32,000 nt of DNA from Erysipelotrichaceae bacterium MTC7 (GCA_001695645.1 LVZN01000012.1:180001-212000), one strand, 5' to 3'; shown: positions 1 through 7,610, numbered from the stretch's first letter. Notes: generated by a model from the letters alone, not told the origin. Translations and numbers: made by a program.

Positions 1-646
1 TTGTAATATTGTGCCTAGTCACTATAAGTTAAGTGGCATTCAATCACTTTGCAAAATTGCACTGGCTTGTATTGTTGTTGGCCTAGCTTTTAGTATGACG
101 CATGTGGGAATTACCATCCTTGAAGGTATTTTAGGAGAAAATAATTACCAACTTGCTCGTTTTATCAATGCCGATAATCCGTTCACAAACATCTTTGGGA
201 CCGGATATAACTTAACGTATAGTTTATATGCAATTGCCAACGGTGGAATCACGGGACTTGGTTTGGGTCAAAGCGCTCAAAAATATGGATACTTACCAGA
301 AGCAGAAACGGACTTTATTTTACCAGTAACCATTGAAGAACTTGGATTGTTTGGTTTATTGGTCATCGTACTTTGTTATGGAATTATTCTATATCGTCTG
401 TTTTATTTTGCTAAACGTGCAGCCGATGATGGAACACGGATGATTCTTGTTGGAACCGCTGTTTACTTATCCATTCACTTTATTTTAAACATTGGTGGAG
501 TTAGTGCATTTCTACCACTTACAGGAGTGCCGTTATTATTTATTTCAAGTGGTGGTAGTTCGCTATTGTCCATTATGATTTTAATGGGTGTTTGTCAGTC
601 GATCATTTCGTTGATACGACGTCAAAGAAAGCGGGTGTTGCGATAA
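1..646 (+). CDS. FtsW/RodA/SpoVE (SEDS) family protein, C-terminal ~215 aa; 5' end lies left of the window
   Basis: The frame is open to position 2, so the GTG at 11 is only the ORF-caller start. 'GYLPEAETDFILPVTIEELG' and 'LPLTGVPLLFISSGGSS' plus several TM helices match the conserved SEDS C-terminal core. Confidence 0.85.
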   Translation, partial: CNIVPSHYKLSGIQSLCKIALACIVVGLAFSMTHVGITILEGILGENNYQLARFINADNPFTNIFGTGYNLTYSLYAIANGGITGLGLGQSAQKYGYLPEAETDFILPVTIEELGLFGLLVIVLCYGIILYRLFYFAKRAADDGTRMILVGTAVYLSIHFILNIGGVSAFLPLTGVPLLFISSGGSSLLSIMILMGVCQSIISLIRRQRKRVLR

Positions 647-1197
647 TGCGTATTAGTGCAGGAAGACATGGTTCACGTCGTTTAGAGTCACTGAAAGGCG
701 ATGTAACGCGACCAACTGGAGATAAAGTAAAAGAAGCTATCTTTTCAAGCATTGGTCCTTATTTTGATGGTGGCATTATGCTTGATTTATTTGGTGGAAG
801 TGGCGGTATGGGTCTTGAAGCAATTTCTCGTGGAATGGATTTCGCCTTTATCTGTGATAAAAATAAAGCTGCGATTCAAGTCATTAAAAAGAATGTAGCC
901 TTGTTAAAAGAAGAATCAAATACAAGTGTCATGCAAGGGGATTATCATAAGATCTTACCTTGCTTACAAAATGAAAGCTTTCGTTTGGTCTATTTGGATC
1001 CACCATATGCACTGGATGTATATGAAGAGATTATGATGTATTTACAAGAACATCAAATGCTAAGTCAAGATGCTTATGTGATTTGCGAAAGTGATGCCAA
1101 ACTTGATTTACCAGAAGTGGTAGGACATTTACATAAACAAAAAGAAAAAGTATATGGAAAAAGCAAAATCCATATGTATAGAGGAGAAGGCGAATGA
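646..1197 (+). CDS. rsmD: 16S rRNA (guanine966-N2)-methyltransferase RsmD
   Basis: The ATG at 646 overlaps the upstream stop (TAATG). It has the SAM loop 'LDLFGGSGGMGLEAISRG' and the 'YLDPPY' motif. The rsmD-coaD pairing is widely conserved. The 592 start in the ORF track would overlap ftsW. Confidence 0.85.
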   Translation: MRISAGRHGSRRLESLKGDVTRPTGDKVKEAIFSSIGPYFDGGIMLDLFGGSGGMGLEAISRGMDFAFICDKNKAAIQVIKKNVALLKEESNTSVMQGDYHKILPCLQNESFRLVYLDPPYALDVYEEIMMYLQEHQMLSQDAYVICESDAKLDLPEVVGHLHKQKEKVYGKSKIHMYRGEGE

Positions 1198-1673
1198 AAA
1201 AAGCAATCTATCCAGGAAGTTTTGATCCCATCACCAAAGGACATTACGATATTATTGAACGTTCCAGTAAAATCTTTGATGAAGTTGTCATTGTATTGAT
1301 GAACAATCCGGGAAAACAAGCACTCTTTAGTGTGGAAGAACGTTTGGAAATGATTAAACAAACGTGTACTAGTTTACATAATGTTAGTTTTGATATCGGC
1401 GAAGGACTTACGGTACACTATGCCAAAAGCAAAGAAGCAAATGTCATGATTCGTGGAATTCGTGCGGTTCAAGATTATGAATATGAACTTAGAAATGCGA
1501 CTGCAAATATGTGGTTGGACCCCAAAATTGAAACTTGTTTCTTTATGGCAAAACCTGAGTATTCCTTTCTTTCTAGCAGTTCAGTAAAAGAGATCGCTAG
1601 TTTTGGTGGCGATGTTAGTAAGTTTGTCAATCCGTTTGTGATTGAAAAACTACAAGAGAAATTCAAAAAGTAA
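1194..1673 (+). CDS. coaD: Phosphopantetheine adenylyltransferase
   Basis: N-terminus 'MKKAIYPGSFDPITKGHYDIIERS' carries the T/HxGH nucleotidyltransferase motif. Length is 159 aa. The start overlaps the rsmD stop (ATGA). Confidence 0.95.
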   Translation: MKKAIYPGSFDPITKGHYDIIERSSKIFDEVVIVLMNNPGKQALFSVEERLEMIKQTCTSLHNVSFDIGEGLTVHYAKSKEANVMIRGIRAVQDYEYELRNATANMWLDPKIETCFFMAKPEYSFLSSSSVKEIASFGGDVSKFVNPFVIEKLQEKFKK

Positions 1674-1698
1674 GAACTCGATCGAGTTCTTTTTCTTT
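1672..1698 (+). terminator. Intrinsic terminator after coaD
   Basis: Perfect palindrome AAGAACTCGA/TCGAGTTCTT followed by TTTTTCTTT. Confidence 0.8.
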
Positions 1699-1779
1699 AC
1701 CAAGTAACGTTTTTAATGTAACATAATTGATGTAACAAGTTCCTGTATACTCAAGGTAGATAAAGAGGAGGAACGAAAA

Positions 1780-2139
1780 ATGAAAGATACATTATTAGCG
1801 AAGGAATTATTAAATGGCGTATGGGATGTGGACCACGCAGCGGTCAAACGAGCCTTAACCTATGGAGCAGATGCCAACTGGATTTTTAATGGATATCCAA
1901 TTTTGGTTCATGCTGTTTATACAAGAGATTTAGAAATGGTTGAACTATTAATCTCTCACGGTGCAAGTCAAGTGGGTGAAGCATTGGGATTTGCCTTGGA
2001 ATCAGGATTAGGAGAAATGGTTGAACCTCTTGCGTATCAAGGTATTGTCCCAAAAGCAATTAAAGTAGACGAACGTTTTGGGCCGCATCCGGAACGCTTT
2101 AGTTTACCAAAACACACCTTGCAAAGCATGCAAGCTTAA
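1780..2139 (+). CDS. Small ankyrin-repeat protein (119 aa)
   Basis: SD GAGGAGG sits 8 nt upstream. 'GYPILVHAVYTRDLEMVELLISHGAS' fits the ANK consensus (xxPLHxAxxxGxxExVxLLLxxGA), with a second degenerate repeat on either side. No signal peptide. Confidence 0.7.
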   Translation: MKDTLLAKELLNGVWDVDHAAVKRALTYGADANWIFNGYPILVHAVYTRDLEMVELLISHGASQVGEALGFALESGLGEMVEPLAYQGIVPKAIKVDERFGPHPERFSLPKHTLQSMQA

Positions 2140-2168
2140 AACATCATTACAAATATAAAGGAGTCTAT

Positions 2169-3113
2169 ATGAATCGAAGTGCACTTGTCATCAAAATGTT
2201 GAATTATTTAAAAGCAAACGATGTCGTATCACGCGAAGAAATTGCCAATTATTTAGAAACCAACAAACGTAATATCTCGGAGTTTAAAAAGGAACTCGAA
2301 GTTGCTGGTTATGTGATTGAAAGCATCACTGGTAAAGATGGGGGATACCGTTTGGATGAATCAACGTTGGTCCCAACCATCAATCTAAATGATCGTGAAA
2401 TCGCATCTTTGCATGATGCAAGTGCCTTTTTGCAAATGCATCAGTACAATCAAATTGCAGTGTATAATGAAGCGTTGTTAAAGATTAAAAATGCATTACA
2501 CGAGCCAAATCAAAGCAATAACATTCATTACATTTGGAGTAGTCAAACAACAAATAATGAAAGTCAAATGATTGCTAAAATGCAAGAAGGGCGTGATCGT
2601 CATCAACATGTACGTTTTGCCTATCGTTCTCTGCAAGCAAAAGACTTTGAAACACGTTATGTACAACCATATGAGCTGATTGTTTCAGAAGATGGAAACT
2701 ATGTTCTTGCCTATGATCGTACAGAAAAAAAGAAACCTGGTTTTAAGTTTTTTAAGCTTTCTGAAATACGTATGAAACATGTAGTTGTAGAGCCAAAACG
2801 CTTTGCTCGCGACCCAGACTTCAAAATTGATCAATATGTTGGTAAACAAAACGTCATTCCAGAAGCCTATCGCGTAAAAATCAAAGTTACTGGATTGCAT
2901 GCTGTTTTATTAGCAGAGCGAAGCGTTGGGCTGCTTGAAACAAAAAGTAAAGTTGAAGATGGATTGTTGATGGAATTCACAATGGAAAACAAAACAAAAA
3001 TTCTTGAATTCATCCGTTCGCTGGGTTCAGATTGTACTTTGTTGGAGCCTTTGGAATTAAAAGACGAACTAATTACAAGTTTAAAGGAAACACTTACAAA
3101 GTATATGCTATAA
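2169..3113 (+). CDS. HTH-WYL-WCX transcriptional regulator (BrxR/CapW/PafBC-like architecture)
   Basis: N-terminal winged HTH ('VVSREEIANYLETNKRNISEFKKELEVAGYVIES'). Central WYL-type domain ('VRFAYRS...RYVQPYELIVSEDGNYVLAYD...FKFFKLSEIRMKHV'). C-terminal WCX-like tail ending 'GSDCTLLEPLELKDEL'. SD AAAGGAG upstream. Confidence 0.85.
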   Translation: MNRSALVIKMLNYLKANDVVSREEIANYLETNKRNISEFKKELEVAGYVIESITGKDGGYRLDESTLVPTINLNDREIASLHDASAFLQMHQYNQIAVYNEALLKIKNALHEPNQSNNIHYIWSSQTTNNESQMIAKMQEGRDRHQHVRFAYRSLQAKDFETRYVQPYELIVSEDGNYVLAYDRTEKKKPGFKFFKLSEIRMKHVVVEPKRFARDPDFKIDQYVGKQNVIPEAYRVKIKVTGLHAVLLAERSVGLLETKSKVEDGLLMEFTMENKTKILEFIRSLGSDCTLLEPLELKDELITSLKETLTKYML

Positions 3114-3128
3114 TAGATAAAGCGAATT

Positions 3129-4589
3129 ATGAAACATTTATCTGATATTAATAAATTACAGCGTTGTGACCGTCTGTTGTGGCTTTTTAAAAAGCAACCA
3201 CTGCCATACCAACGCTATGTAATGTTCAATGAAAATATATATGAACTAACGTTACGTTTATTTGGTATGAAGGATTACTTTAAAGGTGCTCCACATGATC
3301 CAAATGAGCGCTTCTTTAGTAGCTTGGATGCTTATGATGTGTTTGTAAGTGTACGTTTGGAATACCAAGGGTTACGAATCAAGATGCCAATCATGCGAAA
3401 AGTACACGATGGATTTGTTCTTTACTATTCATATGCCAACTGTTATCCAAAAGAAAATGAAGCACAAACCTATGCGGATCAAGAATGGGTATTGGATCAT
3501 TTGGGTATTAAGGTAGTGGACCGTTTTGTAGTGCACTTAAATCCCGCATATGTTCGCGATGGTGACTTGGATTTGGAACAACTATTAATTGTAGAAAAGA
3601 AACTCTATAATGATAAAAACAAGGCAAAGCATACCATTGGAAAATTGGTTAATGACCGTAAACGTGACTTAATTCCATTTCTAGAAGCGATTGATCAAGT
3701 GATGGAAGAAGAACCACCACGCAAAATACGAACAAACATTTGTACGCGAAAAGGGAAATGTGATTACTTTGATGTATGTTTTCCAAATCAAAAAGATACA
3801 AGTATTTTAAACCTGGTATCATCATCTAAGAAGTTTGAATTGCACGACCTTAAAGGAATCGAAACGATTTCACAGGTAGATTTTGATGACATTGAAGGTA
3901 CACGCCATCAATATGCACAGTATATGGCAGCGAAAACTGGAACTCTGTTTTTTGATGCAGTTGCTGTGGACTATTTCTTTCGTGATGTAACATATCCAAT
4001 TAGTTATTTGGATTTTGAATGGGAAACTTTTGCGTTCCCTCCATTTGATGGAATGAAACCATACGATGTATTAACGTTTCAGTACTCATTACATATTGAA
4101 AATGCGAACCATAATGTTCGACATAAAGAGTTTTTAGGAAAGGGCGATTGTCGAGAAGCTTTTGTGCAACAATTAATCCATGATATTCCAAAAGAAGGAT
4201 CTGTCATGTGTTTCAATGTAGAAGGTGCAGAAAAATTGCGTTTGAAACAACTTGCCGTACAATTTCCACAATATCACGATGCGCTTGAACAAATTTGGGA
4301 ACGAATGGTGGATTTGGCAATTCCATTTTCAAGTGGGCTGATTTATGACAATAAAATGGCTGGTATGTATTCATTAAAAAAACTCGTCAAGATTTTCACT
4401 AATAAATCGTATGATGATTTAGAAATAGGTGATGGTATAACAGCAATGCAATCCTATGCCAAGTTAGATGAAGCAGATGAGGAAACCATAAAAAATCTAT
4501 TGAAGTATTGTGCAATGGATACCTATGCGATGATTTTGGTGTATCACTGGGTTCTACGACAACTGGCAAAACGAAAGAAAAACAAATAA
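3129..4589 (+). CDS. DUF2779-type protein: N-terminal Cas4/RecB-like 4-Cys (Fe-S) domain fused to a C-terminal DEDDy-type 3'-5' exonuclease-like domain
   Basis: C13 sits in 'LQRCDRLLWL' (Cas4-like N-terminal Cys). C205/C211/C217 sit in 'CTRKGKCDYFDVC'. 'VVHLNPAYVRDG' is typical of the family as I recall it. Exo I is 'YLDFEWET' (D295/E297), Exo II-like is 'CFNVEGAEKLRL', and Exo III is 'KYCAMDTYAM' (Y460-x3-D464). Confidence 0.7.
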   Translation: MKHLSDINKLQRCDRLLWLFKKQPLPYQRYVMFNENIYELTLRLFGMKDYFKGAPHDPNERFFSSLDAYDVFVSVRLEYQGLRIKMPIMRKVHDGFVLYYSYANCYPKENEAQTYADQEWVLDHLGIKVVDRFVVHLNPAYVRDGDLDLEQLLIVEKKLYNDKNKAKHTIGKLVNDRKRDLIPFLEAIDQVMEEEPPRKIRTNICTRKGKCDYFDVCFPNQKDTSILNLVSSSKKFELHDLKGIETISQVDFDDIEGTRHQYAQYMAAKTGTLFFDAVAVDYFFRDVTYPISYLDFEWETFAFPPFDGMKPYDVLTFQYSLHIENANHNVRHKEFLGKGDCREAFVQQLIHDIPKEGSVMCFNVEGAEKLRLKQLAVQFPQYHDALEQIWERMVDLAIPFSSGLIYDNKMAGMYSLKKLVKIFTNKSYDDLEIGDGITAMQSYAKLDEADEETIKNLLKYCAMDTYAMILVYHWVLRQLAKRKKNK

Positions 4590-4627
4590 TTTTATGTTAC
4601 ACTTGTTGTAAAGCAAGAGGTGAGCAT

Positions 4628-5602
4628 ATGCCAAATTTAATTACACATAACATCTTCTGTGAAGAAGTACTCAAAGACATAAACAATAAGAAATACAAGA
4701 ACATCATCACCAACCATATGGAAGAATATCGGATTGGTAGTAATGGGCCGGATTTCTTATTTTTTCATGGCGTTTTTCCTTTGTATAAAACACCAGATTT
4801 ACACATTTCAAAACTAGGTACAAAGTTACATCGAGGTAAAGTGAATGCTTTTTATGAAAGCGCCATTACAACTTATGTACAACATGCCAATAATAAAGTA
4901 AAAGATGCGATGGCTAGTTACATTATCGGCCATTACTTACATTGGCAGTTGGATTCTGTAATGCATCCATACGTCGTTTATCTTACGGGTTTTCAAAGCG
5001 AATACGCTACGTTATACCACCATCGATTTGAATCGATGATGGACACAATCAACCTAAAAAACTATCGAAATACAGACATACGTTCATTTAAAACGTATCA
5101 AATTACAAACCGTGGAAAATATACGGATCGTGCCATAAGTGAAGTATATGTACCTGCAATTCGTGCATGTTTTGATGTGGATATTTCACAAAGTGATATT
5201 GAACAAGCGTTACGTGATTGGCAAAAAGCTCAAAAGTATTTATATGACCCACATAAAGTAAAGTATCGCTTGTTGCGAAGTTATGAAATCTTATCACGTA
5301 AACCAGGTCTTAGTGGCAATGTCGTTTTACCAGATATTGATACACGTTACGATGTGATGAATGTCGCTAAAAAAACATGGTTACATCCAACCACAGGACA
5401 ACCAAGCAATGAAAGTGAAGATGAAGTTTTCCACCGTGCTTTGCATGATGCTCAAATTGGTCTTCCACTTCTATTTGCTGCACTTGATGGAAAAGACATG
5501 AAACCATTCTTAACGTTTTTAGGTAATAAAACCTACAACAATGGCGTTAAACCTAGTGAGGCAACCCGACAATACAAAGATCCTATCTATGATCGCAAAT
5601 AA
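4628..5602 (+). CDS. Cytosolic metallohydrolase of the Zn-dependent phospholipase C / P1-nuclease fold family
   Basis: Strong SD AAGAGGTGAG lies 5 nt before the ATG at 4628; the ORF-track start at 4508 overlaps the upstream gene. The His/Asp pattern is 'ITHNIF', 'GPDFLFFHG', 'GHYLHWQLDSVMHPY' and 'HHRFESMMD', as in PF00882-type uncharacterised Firmicute proteins. No signal peptide. Confidence 0.6.
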   Translation: MPNLITHNIFCEEVLKDINNKKYKNIITNHMEEYRIGSNGPDFLFFHGVFPLYKTPDLHISKLGTKLHRGKVNAFYESAITTYVQHANNKVKDAMASYIIGHYLHWQLDSVMHPYVVYLTGFQSEYATLYHHRFESMMDTINLKNYRNTDIRSFKTYQITNRGKYTDRAISEVYVPAIRACFDVDISQSDIEQALRDWQKAQKYLYDPHKVKYRLLRSYEILSRKPGLSGNVVLPDIDTRYDVMNVAKKTWLHPTTGQPSNESEDEVFHRALHDAQIGLPLLFAALDGKDMKPFLTFLGNKTYNNGVKPSEATRQYKDPIYDRK

Positions 5603-5727
5603 ATCTAATTCATAAGATAGTGGATAGAAGGTATAAGAAAACATATGGATACACTACAGACATGCGCGTATCATGTAAGTAGAAGAGTTTATGAGAAATG
5701 TGTGATTCACACAAGGAAGGAGAACTC

Positions 5728-6903
5728 ATGGAAAATTTTAGTTTTTATGCGCCTACGTATTTCGCGTTCGGAAAAGAAAGTGAAAACGAAGCTGGGAAAT
5801 TGGTGAAACGATTTAAAGGAACAAACGTACTTATTCATTTTGGTGGAGGAAGTGTTGTGCGTTCTGGTTTGCTTGACCGTGTGAAGAAAAGTTTAGACAA
5901 AGAAAACATTAGTTACATGGAACTTGGTGGGGTAAAACCAAATCCAAGAAGTGGACTGGTGTATAAAGGTATTGATATTTGTAAGAACAATGGTATTGAT
6001 TTTGTCTTAGCAGTTGGTGGAGGAAGTGTTATTGATTCTGCCAAAGCGATTGCAGCTGGTGCCATTTACGATGGTGATTTCTGGGATTACTACCAAGGAA
6101 AACCAGTGGATCAAGCATTGCCAATCGGAACGGTATTAACCATTGCGGCGGCAGGAAGTGAAGGTTCACCAGATTCAGTTATTACCAATGAAGATGGTAT
6201 GTTCAAACGTGGAAGTTCAGGAGAAGGCTTACGTCCTAGGTTTTCTATTTTAAACCCAGAACTCACACAAACGTTACCAGCATACCAAAGTGCTGCAGGA
6301 ATTACCGATATTATGGCGCACTTGATGGAGCGTTATATGACAAACACGAAAGATGTTGAAGTTACCGATCGTATGATTGAATCGTTATTATTAACGATGA
6401 TTCACGAAGGTCCAAAAGTAATTGAAAACCCGAATAACTATCAAGCACGCGCAAATATTATGTGGGCTGGAATGATGGCACATAACAACTCATGTGGAGT
6501 GGGTCGTACACAAGACTGGGCAAGTCATGATATTGAACATGAACTTAGTGCAACTTATGATGTTACACATGGAGCTGGACTAGCAGTTGTCATGCCGCAA
6601 GTGATGCGCTACAACATGAATCATGATTTGATGCGTTTTGTCCAACTTGCACATCGTGTATGGAACGTTGAAATTGATTTCAATGATTTTGAAACAACTG
6701 CAAGTAAAGGAATTGAAGCGTTCCAAAGATACTTACGTTCTATTGGCATGCCGACAACATTTGCTGAAATTGATGCAAAAGCAGAAGATATTCCAGCTAT
6801 GGCACATAGTGCATGTTATGGAAATAAACGTACAGGAACTATTGGTGGATTTGTCAAACTCAATGAGGAAGATGTCGCAAATATTTACAAAATGTGTCTA
6901 TAA
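5728..6903 (+). CDS. Iron-containing alcohol dehydrogenase (butanol dehydrogenase/YqhD-like)
   Basis: SD AAGGAGA precedes the ATG at 5728. It has 'AVGGGSVIDSAKAIA' and the metal-binding His region 'HDIEHELSATYDVTHGAGLA'. Confidence 0.9.
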   Translation: MENFSFYAPTYFAFGKESENEAGKLVKRFKGTNVLIHFGGGSVVRSGLLDRVKKSLDKENISYMELGGVKPNPRSGLVYKGIDICKNNGIDFVLAVGGGSVIDSAKAIAAGAIYDGDFWDYYQGKPVDQALPIGTVLTIAAAGSEGSPDSVITNEDGMFKRGSSGEGLRPRFSILNPELTQTLPAYQSAAGITDIMAHLMERYMTNTKDVEVTDRMIESLLLTMIHEGPKVIENPNNYQARANIMWAGMMAHNNSCGVGRTQDWASHDIEHELSATYDVTHGAGLAVVMPQVMRYNMNHDLMRFVQLAHRVWNVEIDFNDFETTASKGIEAFQRYLRSIGMPTTFAEIDAKAEDIPAMAHSACYGNKRTGTIGGFVKLNEEDVANIYKMCL

Positions 6904-6904
6904 G

Positions 6905-6937
6905 AAAAAACTGGAAAGATGATTCCAGTTTTTTTCT
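6905..6937 (+). terminator. Intrinsic terminator after the ADH gene
   Basis: AAAAACTGGAA-agatga-TTCCAGTTTTT followed by a T-run. Confidence 0.85.
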
Positions 6938-6953
6938 ATGCTACAATAGATTC

Positions 6954-7610
6954 ATGAATGAACAACAATTACGAAAATTAAAAAATACTTTATATGCAAG
7001 TACCCGTTATAGTGGAATTGAAGATTACTTTTATGCAGCAGTCTTATTACCGTTGATATTGGTGGATGGCCAGTATCATGTACTTTTCGAAAAACGTGCA
7101 GATACCATTTCACAACCTGGTGAAATTAGTTTTCCTGGAGGTGGAATTGAAACGTTTGACCCTTCGCCTATGGATACAGCAGTACGGGAGACTGTAGAGG
7201 AGTTGGGATGTAAAGAAAACGATATCGAAGTAATTGCGAAACTAGATACCTTGATTTTGGCGAGTGGTATGGTTATTCATGCATTTGCAGGAATTTTGCA
7301 TACCACTCTTGAACAACTCAACTACAATAAAGATGAAGTTGATCACTTATTCACCGTGCCGCTTTCTTTCTTTAATGAACATGAACCTGAGGCATATCAC
7401 TGCAAGGTAGAAATTCAACCATATGTTGTTGATGAATCGGGGCAAACACATGAATTATTGCCAGTAAAGAAATTTAATTTACCAACGCATTATGAAAAGC
7501 CATGGGGAAATGCAACCCAAGTGGTCTATTTTTATGAAACACCCGAAGCTGTTATATGGGGGTTGACTGCAAATATTATGTATGATTTTACAAGAAAAAC
7601 AAAGGAATGA
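6954..7610 (+). CDS. NUDIX hydrolase, CoA pyrophosphatase-like
   Basis: Nudix box 'GGGIETFDPSPMDTAVRETVEELG', preceded by 'PGEISFPGG' typical of the NudL/CoA pyrophosphatase subgroup. The start at 6954 (MNEQQ) was chosen because 6894 lies inside the upstream terminator. Confidence 0.8.
   Translation: MNEQQLRKLKNTLYASTRYSGIEDYFYAAVLLPLILVDGQYHVLFEKRADTISQPGEISFPGGGIETFDPSPMDTAVRETVEELGCKENDIEVIAKLDTLILASGMVIHAFAGILHTTLEQLNYNKDEVDHLFTVPLSFFNEHEPEAYHCKVEIQPYVVDESGQTHELLPVKKFNLPTHYEKPWGNATQVVYFYETPEAVIWGLTANIMYDFTRKTKE

Noticed and set aside
4508-4627. 40-aa N-terminal extension of the PLC-like ORF, overlapping the 3' end of the DUF2779 gene.
   Set aside because: The ATG at 4628 has a strong SD (AAGAGGTGAG), and family members begin at the 'MPxxITH' motif. 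The extension is an out-of-frame read of the upstream gene.
6638-6922. 94-aa alternate-frame ORF at the 3' end of the ADH gene. Similar cases are 16095-16439 in the M20 gene, 13082-13312 in the phosphoesterase gene and 24009-24248 in sufB.
   Set aside because: They are same-strand frame-shifted reads of well-supported genes. They are Lys- or Leu-rich with no independent signals.
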